A stretch of 11,157 nucleotides of DNA, from assembly GCA_028710695.1 (NCBI GenBank), contig JAQTTP010000012.1, forward strand, positions 1 through 11,157, given 5' to 3'. Positions 5,869 to 11,157 of this stretch are shown here, in pieces. The translations under genes were made by a program, and so were the position numbers. Source of the DNA: Candidatus Iainarchaeum sp. (GTDB lineage Archaea > Iainarchaeota > Iainarchaeia > Iainarchaeales > 0-14-0-20-30-16). The notes under the pieces were generated by a model that saw only the letters and a program-made list of their open reading frames with translations, was not told the DNA's origin and made no database searches. The number at the start of each line of letters is the position of its first letter. Within the stretch, counting starts at the first letter, position 1.

Positions 5869-7896
5869 TTACTTTTTCTTTTTTTGTATAGGCTTGGCTT
5901 TCTTAACAAGTTTTTTAAGACTTTTTAAGAAGCTTTTCTTTTTAGGCACTATCGTTTTTACAACTTTCTTAGGTGCTTTCTTTACCACTTTTTTTACCTT
6001 TGCTTTTGCTTTGACTTTTGGTTTTGCAATTACTTTCTTTTTCAATACTTTTTTCACAACCTTTTTTGGCTTAGCAACCGCCTTTACCTTCTTTTTAGGT
6101 ATTACTTTCTTCTTTACTGCCTTTGCTTTAAGTTTCTTTACCGCCGTTTTCACTTTTGCCTTATTTTGGGGACTTTTAACTTTTGGTTTAGTCTCTACTT
6201 TTGTCTCTTTCTTTACCTCTTGCTTTGGTTCTTTTTTTACTTCTGCCTTCTTAGGTTCTACTTTCTTCTCAGGTTTAGGTACGGCCCTAGCAGGCAAAGG
6301 TTCCATTCTTGTAAAGAACATTGGGATCTTCTCTTTTGTTATAGGGAACCCTGGCTTAGCAATGAAATAGTTAATATCAAGATAGTTAATTAAGTATGGT
6401 CTTTCTACACCAAGTAAATTAAACAATTTTTGAGAAAAATCAGGTATAAATGGCTCCAATAATAGAGCAAGATCTAAGCACAAGTTAACAGAAACATAAA
6501 TTGTTGTTGTGTTATCCTTCTCTTGCCATGGTGCTTTTTCTTGGAAGTATTTGTTAGCCAAAGACGCAAATTCTATTGCTGTCTTAAACCCCTCTTTCAA
6601 CTTTACTGCATCCATCTCTCTTTCGTATTTTGAGATAAGCTCGCTTCTCTTAGTCAAATAATCTTTATCTATTACCTCAAGTGTTGGTCTCGGCAATAGT
6701 TCTAAATTCTTCTGTGCAAATGTTAAAACTCTGTAATATAAATTGCTTATATTTCCTACAAGAGTTGAATTAGTAAATTGTAAGAAGTCATCATCACTCC
6801 AGTCTGTATCGCCGCCCAAAGGTAAAATATTAGCTAAATAAAATCTCCATACATCTGCTGGCAAACCAGACTTAACTGCATCTTCACAAAAGATTCCGTG
6901 CCCTAAAGACTTAGAAACTTTTTGTCCGCCAAAGTTCAGATATGACAGCCCAACAACATTATCTGGAAGTTTATATTTTCCAGAAGCCAACAAAGTAGAT
7001 GGCCAAAATATTGTGTGGAACGGAATATTATCTTTCCCTAAAAAGTGGAATATTTTTGCATCGCTTTTCTTTCCCCACCAATCAGTAATATTTCCTACAG
7101 CATCATTAACAAATGAAATATACCCAATTGGGGCATCAAACCAAACATAAAATACTTTGTCTTCATAGCCTGGCAGCGGAACTTTTATTCCCCAATCCAG
7201 ATCTCTAGTTATTGATCTTGCTTTAAGCCCTTTTTCAAGCCAAGCTCTTGCAATAGATACTGTCAAAGGGTTCCAGTCCTTCTCTTTAGAATTTACCCAT
7301 TTTATTAATGGCATTTCAAGTTTAGAATAATCTAAATAAATATGCTTTGTTTCTTTCACTACTGGTTTAGATTTACAGAAAACACAGTATGGCTCTTTAA
7401 GTTCTATAGGAGTTTTCAAAACATATCCACAATCGCATTGATCTCCTCTTGCCAAGCCCCCACATTCTGGGCACTTACCTTCAACATATCTATCTGGTAA
7501 ATACATCTTATCTTTTTCACAATAGAATGCTTCTTCAGTTTTTTCAGTAGTAAAATTATTTTTATAAATCTCCATGAAAATGTCTTGAGTAATTTTTTGA
7601 TGATTTTCGCTAGTAGTTCTTGAAAATACATCAAAGCCTATGTTAAACCAGTCATAAAGTCTTCTATGCTCGTCATGGAAAATATCACAAACTTCTTTTG
7701 GTGTTTTACCCATTTTCTTTGCGGTTACTGTAATCGGAGTCCCGTATTCATCACTCCCACATACAAAAAGTACCTTTTTTCCTTGGTTTCTAGAAAATCT
7801 AGAGAATATGTCTGCAGGAAGAACACTCCCAACAAGATTTCCAAGGTGCGGTTTATTATTTACATAAGGTAAAGCTGAAGTTATCAATCTTTTCAT
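5869..7896 (-). CDS. metG: Methionine--tRNA ligase (archaeal/eukaryal-type core) with a Lys-rich C-terminal extension
   Basis: The class I signatures are PHLGNLVG (HIGH-type) and KVSKSLGH (KMSKS-type). Zinc knuckles are CPECGGLARGDQCDCG and CVFCKSKP. WFDAPIGY is present, and the core ends at the typical ...PMFFTRME. The ATG at 7894-7896 is preceded by GGTGAT. Confidence 0.95.
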   Translation of the reverse strand: MKRLITSALPYVNNKPHLGNLVGSVLPADIFSRFSRNQGKKVLFVCGSDEYGTPITVTAKKMGKTPKEVCDIFHDEHRRLYDWFNIGFDVFSRTTSENHQKITQDIFMEIYKNNFTTEKTEEAFYCEKDKMYLPDRYVEGKCPECGGLARGDQCDCGYVLKTPIELKEPYCVFCKSKPVVKETKHIYLDYSKLEMPLIKWVNSKEKDWNPLTVSIARAWLEKGLKARSITRDLDWGIKVPLPGYEDKVFYVWFDAPIGYISFVNDAVGNITDWWGKKSDAKIFHFLGKDNIPFHTIFWPSTLLASGKYKLPDNVVGLSYLNFGGQKVSKSLGHGIFCEDAVKSGLPADVWRFYLANILPLGGDTDWSDDDFLQFTNSTLVGNISNLYYRVLTFAQKNLELLPRPTLEVIDKDYLTKRSELISKYEREMDAVKLKEGFKTAIEFASLANKYFQEKAPWQEKDNTTTIYVSVNLCLDLALLLEPFIPDFSQKLFNLLGVERPYLINYLDINYFIAKPGFPITKEKIPMFFTRMEPLPARAVPKPEKKVEPKKAEVKKEPKQEVKKETKVETKPKVKSPQNKAKVKTAVKKLKAKAVKKKVIPKKKVKAVAKPKKVVKKVLKKKVIAKPKVKAKAKVKKVVKKAPKKVVKTIVPKKKSFLKSLKKLVKKAKPIQKKKK
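5872..6291 (-). other. Lys/Val/Ala/Pro-rich low-complexity C-terminal tail of MetRS (~140 aa)
   Basis: The tail reads ARAVPKPEKKVEPKKAEVKKEPKQEVKKETK...KVKAKAKVKKVVKKAPKKVVK...KAKPIQKKKK. By hand count about 60 of ~140 residues are Lys. It is in frame with the MetRS core with no intervening stop. Confidence 0.85.
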
Positions 7897-7899
7897 AAA

Positions 7900-7905
7900 A
7901 TCACC
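7900..7905 (-). promoter_or_regulatory. Shine-Dalgarno-like GGTGAT for metG
   Basis: The minus strand reads ATGGTGATTTTATG. GGTGAT is complementary to the conserved 3' end of archaeal 16S rRNA. Confidence 0.5.
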
Positions 7906-7973
7906 ATTTTATGGATCTGTTGTAATTTTTGTAGCTATACACAAAATTAGCAACTTATTCAAAACAACTCACC

Positions 7974-7979
7974 AAAAAA
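7974..7979 (-). terminator. T6 tract (minus strand) downstream of the 378-aa gene; a further T5 lies at 8030-8034
   Basis: The minus strand reads GTTCGTTTTTTGGTG. Oligo-T runs are the usual archaeal intrinsic termination signal. The tract lies in the 156-bp spacer between the 378-aa gene and metG. Confidence 0.3.
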
Positions 7980-8052
7980 CGAACATAACTAAATTAAAAG
8001 TTATATATAAATAAGTGCATAGTATATATAAAAAGATACCTTTAATTACTAC

Positions 8053-9189
8053 CTATTTTGGTTTAAGATGTTCATACACACGAGGAACATCATGCTTCTG
8101 AGCCCACTGTTTAAATCCTTGTCTTTCCGCTCTTGCCTTACCAAGCTTTTCTCTTATAAAACTTTTTCTTGCTTCTCTTAATACAAAAGGATTAATTGCT
8201 TCTTTACGATTAGATAAGTTATGTGCTACAGGAATTGCTCTTTTCGAACGCAAAAATCGTTCTACTGGATTCATATGGCCATAGCCCACAACCACCGCTT
8301 TTAGTCTCTTTATTCCTTCCCTTTTTAATAATTCTTCTAAATTATTTGTAATTTCTTCATCACGCACAAATTTAATTTCTTTATAAAGTCCAATATTAGA
8401 ATCTCTTAGTCCACCAACATCTCGTTTTGCAGAAGATATCAAGTATTGCATATTCTCAGTTAATACTTGTTTTACTTCTTCCGTTGTATATCTCGTTGCT
8501 TTTATTGCCTCTTCAAGTTCTTTGGGATCCGCATTTTTTGCCTCCTCAAACATGTGGTCAATGTCAGCAATTGCCTGACTTGCTAAACCGTGTTCTTTCG
8601 CTCGCGCCAAAATGCTAAAAAAACTTTTTTTATAACTTTCAACTAATCTTCCAAGCCCAAAGTAATGCGCAAAAGCAAGGATTGAATATACTTCATCACT
8701 ACCGACCAATCTACTTATATTGGCTGCCAAAGAAGTTAAACTTTCTTTGTAATCTTTTACTTCCTTTTTTTCGCTTGCTTGTGAATATCTTATACCCCGC
8801 ATGTTGGGCAGTACAAGTCTGCGTTTAAGTTCCACATTACCTGCAGGATTAACTACAAGCACCCCGCTTTTGTTCGCAGAATCAGAAGTAAAAAAACGCC
8901 TTTCTGGAGTTAAAAAATACAATCTTGCTCCAGAAATAATTATATGTTCATATAATTTACTAAAATACTGCTGTGCATTTAGTCTACCAGAAAAGTAGTG
9001 CATTTTTTCTAAAGGGTGTTGTGCAGCAAGAAAAGCGTATAAATCGCCTTCAACAGCAATAATATCTCCCTTTTTTATCTGCCCACTTTTTAACAACTCG
9101 TCTAGTTCAGATGTTATCTTCGCAAGATTAGTATTATCAGTAACAGAGATTGCATGTTCTACTCCAAATACATGGACTTTAGGAAACAT
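8053..9189 (-). CDS. Uncharacterized protein with motif-level resemblance to the TraB/PrgY/GumN (TIKI) superfamily
   Basis: The track ORF has an ATG start and is a clean 378-aa frame. Motifs occur in the TraB family order. They are VHVFGVEH (GxxH, aa 9-12), DIIAVEGD (aa 42-49, compare PDvVAVEL), FVRDEEITNNL (aa 274-284, compare ERDxxM) and AVVVGYGHMNPVERFL (aa 298-313, compare VVGaGHlpGi). A ~230-aa largely helical region separates the second and third motifs. There is no TM segment. Confidence 0.55.
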   Translation of the reverse strand: MFPKVHVFGVEHAISVTDNTNLAKITSELDELLKSGQIKKGDIIAVEGDLYAFLAAQHPLEKMHYFSGRLNAQQYFSKLYEHIIISGARLYFLTPERRFFTSDSANKSGVLVVNPAGNVELKRRLVLPNMRGIRYSQASEKKEVKDYKESLTSLAANISRLVGSDEVYSILAFAHYFGLGRLVESYKKSFFSILARAKEHGLASQAIADIDHMFEEAKNADPKELEEAIKATRYTTEEVKQVLTENMQYLISSAKRDVGGLRDSNIGLYKEIKFVRDEEITNNLEELLKREGIKRLKAVVVGYGHMNPVERFLRSKRAIPVAHNLSNRKEAINPFVLREARKSFIREKLGKARAERQGFKQWAQKHDVPRVYEHLKPK

Positions 9190-9211
9190 CTCTCTGCCCC
9201 GATAATTGAAA

Positions 9212-9601
9212 TTACTTTACAAATTCACAGTTAGTGTTTACTTCTACAAAGCTGTTCTTATCTCCGCTCAAGAATTCTTTACATTGATTCTCTGCCAAGT
9301 TGTCAACATCTATTTTTGGATCATTTACAACATCACAAACATAATCATTAACATCAAACTTGAACATATCACTCAAGCAAGGCCCTGAATTCAAATCCTT
9401 CAAAGAATCTTTGTTTACAGTACACAAAGCAATACATTTATCCTTTGCAAGTTCGTTCAAAGGCTTATTAGCATCAAGATTTACATCATTCAAAGGATTT
9501 GGTCTTGTAGGAAGTGTAGCACTCAATACAAATATAATTATCAAACCAATCAAAGTAACTAAACCCAAATACATCAATTCTTTCTTTCCTCTTGAATCCA
9601 T
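9212..9601 (-). CDS. Small secreted or membrane-anchored acidic Cys-rich protein, function unknown
   Basis: The N-terminus MDSRGKKE is followed by the hydrophobic stretch LMYLGLVTLIGLIIIFVL (signal peptide or anchor). The remainder is a D/N-rich domain with 6 Cys (CIALC, GPC, YVCD, NQC, NCEF). A strong SD (GGGGTG at 9608-9613) sits 6 nt before the ATG. Confidence 0.7.
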   Translation of the reverse strand: MDSRGKKELMYLGLVTLIGLIIIFVLSATLPTRPNPLNDVNLDANKPLNELAKDKCIALCTVNKDSLKDLNSGPCLSDMFKFDVNDYVCDVVNDPKIDVDNLAENQCKEFLSGDKNSFVEVNTNCEFVK

Positions 9602-9607
9602 AATCTA

Positions 9608-9613
9608 CACCCC
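9608..9613 (-). promoter_or_regulatory. Shine-Dalgarno GGGGTG for the Cys-rich protein gene
   Basis: The minus strand reads TAAGGGGTGTAGATTATG. It lies in the 31-nt gap after the PAN stop codon. Confidence 0.55.
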
Positions 9614-9632
9614 TTATGTTATAATCAATTAT

Positions 9633-10817
9633 CTACATATAATGTGTTTTTAATCCGCCTTCTTCTGGTTCTTTTGCAGGCTTCATTGCTTTGCTTATTG
9701 CATCCTTAAAGTTTTCTTTGCTTACTTTTTTGTTCTTTTCTCTCATAGCAAACATTGCTGCTTCTCTACAAATAGATGCAATATCTGCACCAGAAGCGCC
9801 CTCAGTTTCCTTTGCAAGTTCTTTAATCGAAACACCAGAATCAATTGGCATCTTCTTAGTATGTATTTCAAAAATCTTTCTTCTTCCAGATTCATTTGGC
9901 ATATCTATATGCAAAATCCTATCCAATCTTCCTGGCCTCAAAAGAGCTTTATCAATTATATCAATTCTATTTGTTGCTGCTAAAACTTTTACCTGCTCAT
10001 TTGAATTAAATCCATCCAGTTCAACTAATAGCTGCATCATAGTTCTATAAACTTCTCTATCTCCACCAGTAGTTGAATCACTTCTATAAGACGCCACAGC
10101 ATCAATTTCATCAATAAAAATTATCGCAGGGGCATTGTCTCTTGCAAAAACAAATAAATCTCTTACAAGTCTTGCACCTTCTCCAATATATTTCTGAACC
10201 AAATCAGATCCGCTTAAGCTAATGAATTTTGCTTTTGCCTGATTTGCAACTGCTTTAGCAATCATAGTCTTTCCAGTTCCTGGAGGCCCATATAATAAAA
10301 TCCCTTTAGGAGAATCAATACCAAATTTAGTAAAAAGTTCTGGCTTAGTTAAAGGAAGAGTAATCATTTCTTCTAGCTCAGTAATTATTTTCTCTAAGCC
10401 GCCAACGCTTTCATAAGTAATATTTGGCTTGTCTTCAAGTTCAAACATATTAACTCTATAATCCATGTCCTTTGAAAACACATCTAAAACTGCAAGATTA
10501 TGCTGGGCCAAAGATACCCTTGTTCCAATCTCAAATTTATCTTTATATTGCTCTGGAACATTTATTGCAAACACAATTCCATTATAGTTTCTTACTATTG
10601 CTTTTCCATCAATAATTTCCTGAACAACACAAACAATTCCAGGAGCCACATTATAGCCCTCAAGTTCCTTTTTCATACGTTCATTGTCTCTTTGTATAGT
10701 CTGCAATTGTAACTGCATATTAATTAGTTGAGTTCGTAGAAAAGGAAGTTCACTAAAATCCTTATAGGAAATTCTTTCCTGTGCAACATTGCTCGAGTTT
10801 TCAGAATCAAAAGACAT
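9633..10817 (-). CDS. pan: Proteasome-activating nucleotidase (PAN; AAA+ ATPase, Rpt homologue)
   Basis: The N-terminal coiled coil is LRTQLINMQLQLQTIQRDNERMKKELEG, followed by an OB-like segment. Walker A is GPPGTGKT and Walker B is IIFIDEID. YIGEGARLVRDLF and LLRPGRLDR (second region of homology) are present. The C-terminus ...KTHYM keeps the penultimate Tyr of the HbYX motif. Confidence 0.95.
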   Translation of the reverse strand: MSFDSENSSNVAQERISYKDFSELPFLRTQLINMQLQLQTIQRDNERMKKELEGYNVAPGIVCVVQEIIDGKAIVRNYNGIVFAINVPEQYKDKFEIGTRVSLAQHNLAVLDVFSKDMDYRVNMFELEDKPNITYESVGGLEKIITELEEMITLPLTKPELFTKFGIDSPKGILLYGPPGTGKTMIAKAVANQAKAKFISLSGSDLVQKYIGEGARLVRDLFVFARDNAPAIIFIDEIDAVASYRSDSTTGGDREVYRTMMQLLVELDGFNSNEQVKVLAATNRIDIIDKALLRPGRLDRILHIDMPNESGRRKIFEIHTKKMPIDSGVSIKELAKETEGASGADIASICREAAMFAMREKNKKVSKENFKDAISKAMKPAKEPEEGGLKTHYM

Positions 10818-10823
10818 AATCTA

Positions 10824-10828
10824 CACCT
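10824..10828 (-). promoter_or_regulatory. Shine-Dalgarno AGGTG for pan, with a TATA-like CTTTTTATATT further upstream (about 10855-10865)
   Basis: The minus strand reads CTTTTTATATTGGGCGTAGTTATATTTATACTATAAAAGGTGTAGATTATG. The distal TATA-like element would place a TSS about 17 nt upstream of the ATG, which includes the SD. Confidence 0.45.
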
Positions 10829-10865
10829 TTTATAGTATAAATATAACTACGCCCAATATAAAAAG

Positions 10866-11157
10866 CTATTTCTGATGTTTACCGGAAACAATGTTCTGCA
10901 CACTAGCCAAAAAAGACCGTTTAATAAAATACTTTGAATCCAGATAATTAAGTGCTTTTTCATAATCTTTATATCCCTTTATTTGGTCTTTGGCTTTTTT
11001 GAAAGGGATCTTTTTTATTTTAGAATATTGTTCTAATTCTTCATCCTTAAATGCTTGGAATGGTTTTACAAATTCTGTTTTGCCCATAACTATTTTATGG
11101 AAAAAATAATCTCCAAAACTTTTCTCTTCCACCAAATTCTTTAAAGCAAGAACACAT
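10866..11157 (-). CDS. C-terminal part of a protein whose 5' end lies beyond the right edge; possibly PP-loop ATPase-like (TilS/NcsA-type), weak call
   Basis: The frame stays open upstream of the track start (11133-11135 is TTG, not ATG) to the window edge: ...CVLALKNLVEEKSFGDYFF.... The segment GKTEFVKPFQAFKDEELEQYSKIKKIPF resembles the xxRPLxxxxkxEIxxYaxxxxIP segment of PP-loop tRNA-modifying enzymes. The catalytic SGGxDS region, if present, is outside the window. Confidence 0.45.
   Translation of the reverse strand, partial: CVLALKNLVEEKSFGDYFFHKIVMGKTEFVKPFQAFKDEELEQYSKIKKIPFKKAKDQIKGYKDYEKALNYLDSKYFIKRSFLASVQNIVSGKHQK

Noticed and set aside
5870-6291. Pyrimidine-rich, repetitive-looking DNA (ctttttt/ctttacc units) as a possible tandem repeat, CRISPR-like array or mobile-element remnant
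   Set aside because: The units are imperfect and of irregular length. The reading frame is maintained throughout, and the periodicity is explained by K-V/A/P codon reiteration.
5846-6370. 174-aa Phe/Thr/Leu-rich plus-strand ORF that looks like a multi-pass membrane protein
   Set aside because: It is the antisense shadow of the Lys-rich MetRS tail: AAA/AAG codons read as TTT/CTT on the other strand. It has no independent start signals, and the minus-strand frame is continuous with a well-supported MetRS core.
6166-6393. 75-aa plus-strand ORF inside the metG tail/core junction
   Set aside because: It is a low-complexity antisense frame within metG, with no SD or TATA and no recognisable motif.
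7897-8052. The longest spacer in the window as a possible tRNA or other structured RNA gene
   Set aside because: It is uniformly AT-rich with no GC-rich stems or tRNA-like arms. It is better explained by terminator T-tracts plus promoter elements.
9206-9653. Plus-strand ORFs of 60 and 97 aa opposite the Cys-rich protein gene and the PAN 3' end
   Set aside because: They are antisense frames spanning gene boundaries, with no start context. The minus-strand gene has a strong SD and a coherent signal-peptide-plus-domain layout.
9691-10050. 119-aa plus-strand ORF (and the 70-aa ORF at 10500-10712) opposite pan
   Set aside because: Both lie entirely inside the strongly supported PAN coding region. 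They are hydrophobic low-complexity antisense translations without signals.

Overview
AT-rich (roughly one-third GC by eye), very gene-dense fragment with about 17 protein-coding genes and intergenic gaps of 0-156 bp. I saw no rRNA, tRNA, CRISPR array, transposase or integrase. The content and signals point to an archaeon: a proteasome-activating nucleotidase (PAN), an archaeal/eukaryal-type MetRS, TATA-box-like elements about 24-27 bp upstream of several start codons (implying leaderless mRNAs), and GGTG-type Shine-Dalgarno sites on other genes. Small proteins, minimal spacers and low GC suggest a reduced-genome (DPANN-like) lineage, but that is inference only. Gene order: P-type ATPase (partial, -), SAM methyltransferase (-), GNAT acetyltransferase (-), Nudix hydrolase (+), cytidine deaminase (-), ATP-cone/Mrr-like nuclease fusion (+), acylphosphatase (-), standalone Trbp111-like tRNA-binding protein (-), 86-aa membrane protein (+), HIT hydrolase (-), 47-aa membrane ORF missing from the track (+), MetRS with a long Lys-rich tail (-), 378-aa TraB/PrgY-like protein (-), small Cys-rich secreted protein (-), PAN (-), and a partial gene running off the right edge (-). 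Most of this is housekeeping. Four things deserve a second look. (1) The ATP-cone + PD-(D/E)xK nuclease + HhH-like fusion, which sits beside Nudix and cdd. (2) The MetRS whose usual C-terminal tRNA-binding domain is replaced by a ~140-aa polylysine-like tail, while a Trbp111 homologue is encoded separately nearby. (3) The tightly spaced PAN / Cys-rich secreted protein / TraB-PrgY-like gene string. (4) Divergent gene pairs sharing a single central TATA element, in one case a perfect 12-bp palindrome. All family calls rest on motifs I read from the translations; no searches were run.
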